DNA from: Gemmatimonadota bacterium
GTDB taxonomy: Bacteria; Gemmatimonadota; Gemmatimonadetes; Longimicrobiales; Gaopeijiaceae
DNA: 64,000 bases
NCBI GenBank assembly: GCA_039589315.1
Contig: JBDHHQ010000004.1
Span: 46,845-110,844, forward strand
Reading direction: 5' to 3'
This document shows, in pieces, positions 55,333 through 64,000 of the stretch; positions within the stretch are counted from its first letter, which is position 1; every line of letters begins with the position of its first letter. A program made the position numbers and the translations under genes. Under the pieces are notes generated by a model, which made no database searches, was not told the DNA's origin, and saw only the letters and a list, made by a program, of their open reading frames with translations.

Positions 55333-57288
55333 GTGACCAGGGCCACTCTCGCCGAAACCGCCGACGCCGCTACGGTGCTTCGGTCCACCCGGGGCGCAGC
55401 CGTGCCGTCTGCATGTGTAGCGGTTCTCTGTGCGCTCGCGTGCGCGCCTGATCGAGCCGCCGACGGCGAGCCTCCCGAGTACGCCCGAGCCTACGAAAAG
55501 CGCCAGGAAATGGTGCAGATGCGTGACGGCGTACGACTCCATACGACCCTCTACATGCCGAAAGACCGGGAGCCCACCTATCCGGTCCTCCTGCGACGAA
55601 CTCCGTATAGCTGCCGGCCTTATGGGGCACAGGACTTCCCCGAACGGCTCGCTTCCGAATACCTGCTGCAGGACGGCTACATCTTCGTTTGCCAGGACGT
55701 GAGAGGACGGTGGATGTCGGAGGGCGATTATGACAACATGCGCCCGCATGTCGCGGGCGAGCTACCCGTGGACGAGAGCTCGGACGCATACGATACCATC
55801 GAGTGGATCTTGGAGAACGTGTCCAACCACAACGGTAGAGTCGGGATGTACGGCATCTCCTATCCTGGCTTCTACACCGCCGCAGCGCTGCCCGAAGCAC
55901 ATCCCGCACTCGTGGCCTCCTCTCCCCAGGCTCCGATCGCGGACTTCTTCTTCGACGACTTCCATCATCGGGGGGCGTTCACTCTGTCCTACTTCATCGC
56001 TACGGCCTTGTTCGGCTATCAAACCGACGAGCCTTCGACCGAGCCGTGGTATGAGGTGATACGGTCTCCGACGCCGGACGCGTACCAGTTCTACAAGGAC
56101 CTCGGTCCGCTTTCCAACGCGGTGCGCTACTACGGAGATGACAATTTCTTCTGGCGGCAGCTGACCGAGCATCCGAACTACGACGAATTCTGGCAGCAGC
56201 GGAATCTGCTTCCTCACCTGCGCGACATCGACGATGCCGTGATGGTGGTCGGAGGTTGGTTCGACGCCGAGGACCTCTACGGACCGCTGAACATCTACCG
56301 CACGATCGAGGAGAACAATCCGGACGCCGTCAACCTTCTTGTCATGGGTCCGTGGACGCACGGCGATTGGTCCCGCGACCTCGAGCACCAGATGGTTGGA
56401 GACATCTGGTTCGGGGACGGAATCTCCGAGTTCTTTCAGCGTGAGGTGGAGGCTCCATATTTCCGCCACTTCCTACACGGCAGCGGCGATGCGCCGAGCT
56501 TCGAAGCGTTGGTGTACGACACCGGTAGGCGCGAGTGGCAGAGGTTCGACTCCTGGCCGCCGGTCGGAACGGAGTCCGTGCGCTTCTACCTGAGGGACGA
56601 GGAGGTACTCTCCAGAGCAGCTCCGATCGCCGGAGAAGACCCCCACACCGAGTACGTCAGCGATCCCAACGAACCAGTGCCACACACGGATCGCATTCGA
56701 ATCACGTTCACGCCGCGACCCTACATGGCGGAGGATCAGCGCTTCGCTGAGCGCCGGCCCGACGTGATCGAATTCCAGACGCCGCGACTCGAGGCGCCCG
56801 TGACGCTCGCGGGCGGAATCACCGCACGTCTGCACGTATCGACCACCGGCACCGATGCCGATTGGGTGGTCAAGTTGGTCGATGTCTATCCACCGGACGA
56901 ACCGAACAACGAGCATACGCCCGAGGGAGTGCAGCTCGCGGGCTATCAGCAGATGGTTCGTAGCGAGATCATGAGAGGACGATTCCGGGAGAGCTTCGAG
57001 GACCCCAAGCCCTTCGTCCCTGGTGAGGCCGCGGTCGTCGAGTTCCCGCTCCAGGACGTCTTCCATACGTTCGCCCCGGGGCACCGGATCATGGTACAGG
57101 TTCAGAGTACCTGGTTCCCCCTCTTCGATCTGAACCCCCAGACCTTCGTGCCCAACATCTTCCAGGCGGAGGAGGAGGACTTCGTCAGCGCCTCGCACAG
57201 GGTGTTCCACAGGCCCGACCAGGCAAGCTGGATCGAGGTGCTGGTCCTCCCGGGAGAAGCGGCCGGCGGCCCGGCGGAGGGCGGATGA
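55333..57288 (+). CDS. CocE/NonD family hydrolase (alpha-amino acid ester hydrolase / glutaryl-7-ACA acylase-like), lipoprotein
   Basis: Lipobox ALAC; MRDGVRL, RTPY, QDVRGR..SEG, GISYPG nucleophile, GGWFDAED, GPWTHG, VQSTWFP. Confidence 0.92.
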   Translation: MTRATLAETADAATVLRSTRGAAVPSACVAVLCALACAPDRAADGEPPEYARAYEKRQEMVQMRDGVRLHTTLYMPKDREPTYPVLLRRTPYSCRPYGAQDFPERLASEYLLQDGYIFVCQDVRGRWMSEGDYDNMRPHVAGELPVDESSDAYDTIEWILENVSNHNGRVGMYGISYPGFYTAAALPEAHPALVASSPQAPIADFFFDDFHHRGAFTLSYFIATALFGYQTDEPSTEPWYEVIRSPTPDAYQFYKDLGPLSNAVRYYGDDNFFWRQLTEHPNYDEFWQQRNLLPHLRDIDDAVMVVGGWFDAEDLYGPLNIYRTIEENNPDAVNLLVMGPWTHGDWSRDLEHQMVGDIWFGDGISEFFQREVEAPYFRHFLHGSGDAPSFEALVYDTGRREWQRFDSWPPVGTESVRFYLRDEEVLSRAAPIAGEDPHTEYVSDPNEPVPHTDRIRITFTPRPYMAEDQRFAERRPDVIEFQTPRLEAPVTLAGGITARLHVSTTGTDADWVVKLVDVYPPDEPNNEHTPEGVQLAGYQQMVRSEIMRGRFRESFEDPKPFVPGEAAVVEFPLQDVFHTFAPGHRIMVQVQSTWFPLFDLNPQTFVPNIFQAEEEDFVSASHRVFHRPDQASWIEVLVLPGEAAGGPAEGG

Positions 57289-57415
57289 CCCGACGCCTCT
57301 CGGCGTGCTCGGACCTCACTGGCGCTTCACCAAGAGCACGTGCTGCGTCCTCTCGTCAGGGCCGAGTCCCCACGGGCAATCTTGCCTCCGGGGGGAGGGG
57401 CGGGCGAGCCGGCCG

Positions 57416-59053
57416 CTATCCCACCGACTCGGCAAAGGCGGGCGCCCGTCGATGCTGCGTCGCCTGCTCGTACGCGTAGGCGATCCGGATCAGTCCCGGC
57501 TCGCTCCAGGCCCGCCCGAAGAACGAGACACCGACGGGAAGCCCGGACACGAACCCCATGGGAACGGTTATGTCCGGGTACCCGGCGATGGCCGCCGGTC
57601 CGGCGGAGCCACCGCCGTCCAGCCGGTCCCCCAGGATGTAGTCGGTCTTCCAGGGCAGATCCCGGGTCGGCGCGACTATGGCGTCGAGGCCGTGCTCGCT
57701 CATGAGCCGATCGATGCCGTCCCCGCGGTTGGCCTGCTGAATCGTACGCTTCGCGGTCAGGTACTCAGGCTCCGTCAGAGGTCCCCGGGCCTGCGCCGCG
57801 ATCATTCGCTCCTGCCCGAAGTGCGGCATCTCTCGGTCCTCGTTCCGCTCGTTGAAGTCGATAACGTCCGCGAGACTCTGGACGGGCGCATCCGGCCCGA
57901 GGGTCGCCAGATACGCGTTCAGATCGGCCTTGAACTCGTACTCGAGCAGCACCAGAGAGAGCGGATCGTTCCAGGCGGCGGCGTCCAGATTGGCCGGATC
58001 GACGATGATGGCACCTTCGCCCCTCATCGCCTCGACCGCCTGCTCGAAGCGTGCGATCACCCGCGGATCGAAGCTCGGGAAGCTCCGGGCGACGCCGATG
58101 CGAGCGTCGCGCAGGCCGCCGGGGTCGAGGAACTGCGTGTAGTCGCCGTGGGCGTTGTCTCGGCTGGCATCGGTCGCGAGGTCGCGCGGATCGACGCCAG
58201 TGAGGGCACCGAGCAGGATCGCTGCATCCCGTACGGTCCGACACATCGGGCCCGCGCTATCCTGCGAATGCGAGATCGGGATGATGCCGGAGCGGCTCCA
58301 GAGCCCGACGGTGGGCTTGATCCCTACGATTCCGTTGATCGACGAGGGGCACATGATCGATCCGCCTGTCTCGGTCCCGATGGCGAGCGCTGCAAGGTTC
58401 GCGGCCGCCACCACCGCCGACCCGGAGCTCGAGCCACACGGGTTGCGATCGAGCGCATGGGGATTGCGACACTGACCTCCTCTGGCGCTCCAACCGCTCG
58501 TAGCGCGCACGCCGCGGAAGTAGGCCCACTCGCTCATGTTCGCCTTGGCGAGGATGATGGCGCCGGCCTCGCGCAGCTTCTGGACGATGAACGAGTCCAG
58601 CGGCGGGATCGAGCCCTCGAGCGCCAGGGACCCCGCGGTCGTGGTCATGCGATCGTGGGTGTCGATGTTGTCCTTCACGATCACCGGGATGCCATGGAGG
58701 GGTCCCCGTGCGCCATTGGCGCGGCGCTCGGCGTCGAGCTCGTCCGCGATGGCGAGGGCGTCCGGGTTGGTTTCGATGATCGACCCCAACTCCGGCCCCT
58801 GTCGGTCAATCGCCTCGATACGCGCGAGGTACAGCTCGGTGATCGAGCGGGCCGTGCGCTCACCCGACGCCATGCTCTGCTGCAGCTGGTCGACGGTCAC
58901 CTCGTCGAGCTCGAACGGGGGGACCCGTTGGGCGGGGCCACCTCGGGTCTCCGGGCGCTCCGGCGAATCGCCAGGAGTGCACCCAACCGGCCCCGCTGCC
59001 GTTCCCACACCCGCGGCAATCGTTGATCCGATGAAACGACGGCGATCGATCAT
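57416..59053 (-). CDS. Amidase signature family enzyme with Tat (lipo)protein signal
   Basis: DRRRFI Tat motif and PVGC; GPLHGIPVIVKDN, KANMSEW, CGSSSGS, GTETGGSI..PS, GIKPTVG. Confidence 0.93.
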   Translation of the reverse strand: MIDRRRFIGSTIAAGVGTAAGPVGCTPGDSPERPETRGGPAQRVPPFELDEVTVDQLQQSMASGERTARSITELYLARIEAIDRQGPELGSIIETNPDALAIADELDAERRANGARGPLHGIPVIVKDNIDTHDRMTTTAGSLALEGSIPPLDSFIVQKLREAGAIILAKANMSEWAYFRGVRATSGWSARGGQCRNPHALDRNPCGSSSGSAVVAAANLAALAIGTETGGSIMCPSSINGIVGIKPTVGLWSRSGIIPISHSQDSAGPMCRTVRDAAILLGALTGVDPRDLATDASRDNAHGDYTQFLDPGGLRDARIGVARSFPSFDPRVIARFEQAVEAMRGEGAIIVDPANLDAAAWNDPLSLVLLEYEFKADLNAYLATLGPDAPVQSLADVIDFNERNEDREMPHFGQERMIAAQARGPLTEPEYLTAKRTIQQANRGDGIDRLMSEHGLDAIVAPTRDLPWKTDYILGDRLDGGGSAGPAAIAGYPDITVPMGFVSGLPVGVSFFGRAWSEPGLIRIAYAYEQATQHRRAPAFAESVG

Positions 59054-59463
59054 TGGCCTCTCCCGAGTCGGTCATTGCGAGATCATGATAATGGGAGTCG
59101 GAGAGGGACGCATCGGGGCCCAGGGTCGGGCACGAACAGAAGCTCGGCCGTTTCAGGTGAGTCGATTCCGGGCGAGCGAACGGCGACCAAAGGCCCCTTG
59201 CCGCGCGGAGCCTCTCATCTGCATTGACCCCAATCGCGGCCGTTTCGGCGCACGCTCGATCCGCCTCCCGAGCGGGTCCGCATCGAGGTCCGCCGCCCTG
59301 CGCATCCTCGATGGCGAGACCGGTCAGATCCTCCTATTCTCCCAACCGGTCCAGCACGCCCACCTCGGATAACACCCGCCCCAGGCTCGGTCAGAACGCT
59401 CGTGCTCGCGACCGACAGGGAGCACGACAGCATGTTGGTGTGTCGGAGAGCGGAGAGCGCCAA

Positions 59464-61527
59464 ATGATCAGGGTCGCGACCGACATCGGCGGCACGTTTA
59501 CCGATCTCGTTTCGGTGTCACTCGACGGTGAAGTGACGGTGGCAAAAGGGCACACCACGCCCAGCCAGTTCGATCAGGGCGTGATGGATGTGATTGGAAT
59601 CGGCGGGTCTCCGCCGTCGCAGTTCGCGTCGTTCGTCCACGGCACGACGATCGTGATCAACGCGTTGACCGAGAAGAAGGGCGTGAAGACGGCCCTCATT
59701 ACCACGGAAGGCTTTCGCGACGTGCTGGAGATCGGCCGTGGCAATCGGCCGGACTACTTCAATCTGGACTACGAGAAGCCCGAGTCGTTCGTCCCGCGCT
59801 ATCTGCGGCGTGAGGTTCCGGGGCGCATCAACTACAAGGGCACGGAGACCAGCGCCCTCGATATGTCGGGCCTACCGGCGATCGTGGACGCTTTTCGTGA
59901 AGAGGCCGTTCAGGCGATCGCGATCTGCCTGCTGAACTCCTACGCCAACTCGGCGCACGAAGAGGCGGTCCTGAGTGAGGTCGAGTCGCTCTGGCCCGAG
60001 GTGTCTGCGGTCGCGTCCCACCAGATCTCGAGGGAGTGGCGCGAATACGAGCGGACGAACACGACGGTTCTCTCGGCCTACGTGCAGCCTATCGCCCGCC
60101 AGTATCTGGACCGCCTGACGGGACGTCTCGCCGATGCGGGCATGACCTGTACTCCCTATGTCATGCAGTCCAACTGCGGCATCGATACCGTCACCAATAC
60201 GCGCAAGACGCCTATCACCATGGTCGAGTCGGGGCCTGCGAGCGGCGTTTGGGGTGCCGCCATCCTCGGGCGGCTCATCGGTGAGACCGAGATCATCGCT
60301 CTGGATATCGGCGGCACCACGGCCAAGTGCAGCCTGATCACCGATGGGTCGGTCCGGCTCAACACCGATTACGTCCTCGAGCGAACGGACGTCTTCGCAG
60401 GCTATCCGCTCATGGTACCCGTCGTGGACCTGGTGGAGATCGGCCAGGGCGGAGGCTCCATCGCGTCGATCGATGCGTTCGGACGAATGCACGTCGGTCC
60501 CCAGAGCGCAGGGGCCGACCCCGGACCGGTGGCATATGGCCTCGGCGGGACGAACGCTACCACGACCGACGCCAATCTGGCATTGGGTCGAATCAACCCA
60601 GAGTACTTTTGCGGCGGGTCCGTCACCGCCGACATGACTGCAGTCCATGCCGCTCTCGACGAGCTCGCTGAACGATTGGGCTTGACGCGGGACGATACGG
60701 CGCGAGGCATCATCCGCTTGGCGAACAACAACATGGTCAACGCCATCAAGCTCGTATCGGTCAATCGCGGCCACGATCCACGGGACTTCACCCTGGTCGC
60801 GTTCGGCGGCGGCGGCGCCATGCACGCCTGCGCCCTGGCCAGGGAGCTGGGCATCGAGAAGGTGGTGATTCCGAACCTTTCTGGCGTCTTCTCCGCTTGG
60901 GGCATGCTTCTGAGCGATCTCCGGCGTGACTATCTGCAGACCGAGATCGTGGATATGGCCGCGCCCGGCGTCATGGAGCACATCAGCGACGTCTTCGATG
61001 TTCTGGAGACGCAGGCGTCGACCGAATATCAGGCCGAGGGCATCGAGCCGTCACGCGTCCGCTTCACACGCCATGGCCGTCTGCGCTACCAGAACCAGGA
61101 GCATTCCACTGTGATCGAGTTGCCGGGAGGGGAGCTCACCCCGTCCATGACCGATGGCATTCTCGAACGCTTTCACGCCCGCTACGAGCGCGAATACACC
61201 TATCGCTTGGATGCTCCTGTAGAGTTCGTCACGTACCACCTCGTCGCCCTTGCGGGGGTGGATGAGCTTCGACCCGAAGCGATGCCCCCGACGCAACGGC
61301 AGGCGGAGGCGGCGGTGAAGGGTACCCGGCTCGTCGACTATCTGTCGGAGGGCGAGCACGAGGCCACGGTCTACGACGGCCCATTGGTCGAGCCCGGCAT
61401 GAGCTTGAGCGGCCCGGCCGTCATCGAGGAGGCCGCGGCCACGATCGTCATCCCACCAGGTATGTCCTGTCGCGTGGATGAATATGACAATTACCGAATC
61501 GCGACGAAATCAGGAGATGACCGATGA
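59464..61527 (+). CDS. Hydantoinase/5-oxoprolinase family subunit A (second copy)
   Basis: ATG 59464; TDIGGTFTD, HGTTIVIN, TTEGFRD, EWREYER, ESGPASG, DIGGTT, GQGGGS, GADPGP, FGGGG. Confidence 0.95.
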   Translation: MIRVATDIGGTFTDLVSVSLDGEVTVAKGHTTPSQFDQGVMDVIGIGGSPPSQFASFVHGTTIVINALTEKKGVKTALITTEGFRDVLEIGRGNRPDYFNLDYEKPESFVPRYLRREVPGRINYKGTETSALDMSGLPAIVDAFREEAVQAIAICLLNSYANSAHEEAVLSEVESLWPEVSAVASHQISREWREYERTNTTVLSAYVQPIARQYLDRLTGRLADAGMTCTPYVMQSNCGIDTVTNTRKTPITMVESGPASGVWGAAILGRLIGETEIIALDIGGTTAKCSLITDGSVRLNTDYVLERTDVFAGYPLMVPVVDLVEIGQGGGSIASIDAFGRMHVGPQSAGADPGPVAYGLGGTNATTTDANLALGRINPEYFCGGSVTADMTAVHAALDELAERLGLTRDDTARGIIRLANNNMVNAIKLVSVNRGHDPRDFTLVAFGGGGAMHACALARELGIEKVVIPNLSGVFSAWGMLLSDLRRDYLQTEIVDMAAPGVMEHISDVFDVLETQASTEYQAEGIEPSRVRFTRHGRLRYQNQEHSTVIELPGGELTPSMTDGILERFHARYEREYTYRLDAPVEFVTYHLVALAGVDELRPEAMPPTQRQAEAAVKGTRLVDYLSEGEHEATVYDGPLVEPGMSLSGPAVIEEAAATIVIPPGMSCRVDEYDNYRIATKSGDDR

Positions 61528-63197
61528 GTCGCACCGACTACGATCCCATCACCTTGGAGATCATCCAGAGCTCGTTGCAGGCTGCAGCCGACGAGATGTT
61601 CGCCGCCATGCGCCGTACGGCGATGAGCGCCATCATCTACGAAGTCCTGGACATGGGTACGGGGATCACCGACGCCCACGGCGACATCGCCAGCTCCGGA
61701 GCCGGTATCCCCGCCTTTGTGGGGGTCTTGGACAAGACGGTGAAGAGAATCCTCGCCAAGTTCAGCCGGCCGAACGCCATTGAGCCGGGCGATATCTACA
61801 TGACCAACGATCCTTACAATGGCGGGGTCACGCACCTGAATGACGTCGTGTTGACCATGCCGGTCTTTGTCGAAGGAGAGATCGTGGCGTGGACGGCGAA
61901 TATCGCTCACTGGAACGACGTGGGTGGTATGGTGCCAGGTAGCATGTCCACGGAGGCTACTGAGATCTATCAAGAGGGCGTGATCTACTCCGGTGTCAAG
62001 CTGTTTTCGCGAGGTGATCCGTTGCAGTCGGTCTTCGACATCATCACGGCGAACGGCCGGATGCCCGACTTTCTGCTTGGCGATCTCTGGGCCGGTGTCG
62101 CGGCCGTACGCGTCGGTGCACAGCGACTCATCGAGCTCAACGAAAAGTACGGCAAGGACATATTCCTCCGGGCCTTGCAGGACTATATGGATCTGGGAGA
62201 GCGGATCAGCCTCGATGCTCTCGGACAGATACCACACGGTCGCTACTCACTCTCCGAAGAGCAGGATGACGGACAGTTCTACAACGTCAAGATCGAGATC
62301 TCGGAGCGCGAATTCATCATCGACCTCAGGGAGAATCCGGGGCAGAGCACCGGGCCCTTCAACATGAGCCGCGACGGCGCGGTCATTTCCTGCCAGATGG
62401 CCTTCAAGAATCTCCTTTCCCCCGGTCGACTCGCGAACGGCGGCACATTCCGGCCGCTGACCGTGCTGACGCGCAAGGGAACCGTGCTGGATCCGGAATT
62501 TCCCGCGGCCATGGGAATCTACTATGAGCTCCTGGTCCGCGTGTACGATCTCGTGCTGCGCTGCATCGCTCAGGAGATGCCGGAGCGGCTCCCCGCGGGG
62601 AACTTCGGCTCCGTCCTCGGGACTCTGTTTGGCGGCGTCCATCCCGATACCGGACGCCCGTACGCGGTGGTCGAACCGGAGATGGGTGGATGGGGTGGTT
62701 CGGTCCGCAGGGACGGGAATGCAGGACAATTCTGCGGTCTGCACGGCGAGACGTACAATTGCCCCGCCGAGGTCGCAGAGGCCCGATATGGCGTTACGGT
62801 CGATCACCTCGGCTTTCACAGTGAAGACGGCGGAGCTGGCCTGCACCGGGGCGGAAACGGTCTACGCATCGATTACCGGATCCGGTCGGACAATGCGTGG
62901 CTCATGGTCGCCTACACTCGCGACCGGATCCCTCCCTGGCCCCTGGCCGGAGGCCATCCGGGGTCGCCGAACCACGTCATCATTCGCCGGGCAAGCGGCG
63001 ATCGCGAGCGCCATTCAGTCGTGAGCGGTCTGACCTTGAATACGGACGACGTGATTCAGATCATGTCCGCTACCGGCGCGGGCTGGGGCGATCCGATGGA
63101 GCGCGATGTCGCTCGGGTGAGCGACGACCTCAAGAACGGCTACATCACGCTCGAGCAGGCCAATCGTGACTATGGGCTCGACCAGCGAAGTGGGTGA
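61524..63197 (+). CDS. Hydantoinase B/oxoprolinase family subunit (second copy)
   Basis: DPITLEII, NDPYNGGVTHLND, AHWNDVGG, YQEG, NCPAE, GAGLHRGG, GAGWGDP; ATGA coupling. Confidence 0.95.
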   Translation: MSRTDYDPITLEIIQSSLQAAADEMFAAMRRTAMSAIIYEVLDMGTGITDAHGDIASSGAGIPAFVGVLDKTVKRILAKFSRPNAIEPGDIYMTNDPYNGGVTHLNDVVLTMPVFVEGEIVAWTANIAHWNDVGGMVPGSMSTEATEIYQEGVIYSGVKLFSRGDPLQSVFDIITANGRMPDFLLGDLWAGVAAVRVGAQRLIELNEKYGKDIFLRALQDYMDLGERISLDALGQIPHGRYSLSEEQDDGQFYNVKIEISEREFIIDLRENPGQSTGPFNMSRDGAVISCQMAFKNLLSPGRLANGGTFRPLTVLTRKGTVLDPEFPAAMGIYYELLVRVYDLVLRCIAQEMPERLPAGNFGSVLGTLFGGVHPDTGRPYAVVEPEMGGWGGSVRRDGNAGQFCGLHGETYNCPAEVAEARYGVTVDHLGFHSEDGGAGLHRGGNGLRIDYRIRSDNAWLMVAYTRDRIPPWPLAGGHPGSPNHVIIRRASGDRERHSVVSGLTLNTDDVIQIMSATGAGWGDPMERDVARVSDDLKNGYITLEQANRDYGLDQRSG

Positions 63198-63366
63198 GGG
63201 AGCCCACCGCCATCCAGTGATCATCGCGCCTGCGCTTGTCAATTCGGAGTGATGGCGCCCCCCAGGTCAGTCGCTGCGCGTCTCGAGCCCGGACAGCCAC
63301 AGCAGCTGGCTCGCCCTGTCGACCTCGGCTTTCTCTGCCGCGCTCGGACCCACGACCACGGCACGT

Positions 63367-64000
63367 TCACCCTCGGTACCGGAATGCGCATTCCCAGATT
63401 ACGGGCGGGCCGCCGAGGCTGCGCGTCCCGCTTCCTGGCTTGTTGTGCTCCGTCAGAGGAACCGCTGGGTCAGGATCGAAACCCGCCTTGCCCACCGCGG
63501 AGAGAAGCTGGGCTTCCGTCAGGAAGCACTGGGGCTGTCCCGAGAACTGGGTGAACACGAAGGGCCCACCCGCGGCGGGCTCGGCCTCCGGCGGCAGAGT
63601 GCTCCGTGAGAACGTGAACACGAAGAGGCCTGCGCCCGGCCGCGACACTCGCGCGGCCTCGCCGAGGGCACGCTCGAACACGGCGACGGAGGGTGCGAGG
63701 TTCCAGATGCCGTGGGCGATCACCAGGTCGAACGCGTGGTCAGGTGCAGGGAGCCGATCCATCGGTGCCAGGGCCAGGCGGAGGCGGTCTCCGAGACCGT
63801 CGTCACGGGCCCGCGCCCGAGCAGCCGAGAGCATGGGTCGGGACAGATCGACGCCCAGGACGCTCCAGCCCATGCGGGCCAGCGGTACTGCGTTTCGTCC
63901 GGCGCCGCACCCGAGGTCGATCGCACGGCCCTTCCCCGAACGCCGCAACTCGTCAGCTCCGAACCGCAGGAGGACGGCGTTCGGGGGAGCCTGAACGAAA
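63367..64000 (-). CDS. Class I SAM-dependent methyltransferase, 5' end beyond the window end
   Basis: Frame open to the window edge (FVQAPPNAVLLRF...); IDLGCGAGRN, GVDLS..ML, FDLVIAHG, EAARV.RPG. Confidence 0.88.
   Translation of the reverse strand, partial: FVQAPPNAVLLRFGADELRRSGKGRAIDLGCGAGRNAVPLARMGWSVLGVDLSRPMLSAARARARDDGLGDRLRLALAPMDRLPAPDHAFDLVIAHGIWNLAPSVAVFERALGEAARVSRPGAGLFVFTFSRSTLPPEAEPAAGGPFVFTQFSGQPQCFLTEAQLLSAVGKAGFDPDPAVPLTEHNKPGSGTRSLGGPPVIWECAFRYRG

Noticed and set aside
59054..59463. 410-nt divergent intergenic region with several hairpins and a protein-like fragment (LRILDGETGQILLF)
   Set aside because: No recognisable RNA family, credible start or continuous homology; I cannot distinguish it from chance structure in GC-rich DNA.
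1..64000. Mobile elements, tRNA/rRNA, CRISPR-Cas, defence systems or a horizontally acquired island
   Set aside because: I recognised no transposase, integrase, cas, RT or structural RNA signatures. Slightly more AT-ending codons in some genes could not be quantified by eye.

Overview
GC-rich bacterial DNA, densely coding, with about 46 CDS. I found no rRNA, tRNA, CRISPR array or mobile element. High-GC SusC/SusD, DUF5916 barrels and a plug-only lipoprotein suggest Gemmatimonadota (inference only). Left to right: a truncated BNR/VPS10 hydrolase; a small charged protein; a MoxR-DUF58-VWA(Bat)-TPR operon; a lipoprotein DUF917 gene divergent from a hydantoinase/oxoprolinase A+B pair; then a ~25 kb co-oriented minus-strand locus. 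That locus starts with a GntR regulator and SusC/SusD and encodes three Tat-exported NicX-like (2,5-dihydroxypyridine dioxygenase/M29 fold) metalloenzymes, six paralogous exported amidohydrolases plus a seventh of another subfamily, a second lipoprotein DUF917, a methyltransferase, a DUF5916 barrel and two lipoproteins. After it come an S9 peptidase-Tat subunit-GMC oxidoreductase-2xDUF5916 operon, a halogenase-S9-FKBP cluster, and a further amide-hydrolase block (amidohydrolase, CocE/NonD, amidase, second hydantoinase A+B, truncated methyltransferase). The best candidate for an undescribed system is this PUL-like locus. It has no CAZymes and appears to import and break down N-heterocycle/cyclic-amide compounds in the periplasm. 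Its enzyme families are normally cytoplasmic, and two of the NicX paralogs have the metal-binding H-x-D changed to H-x-H. All family calls come from motif recognition by eye; no database searches were run.
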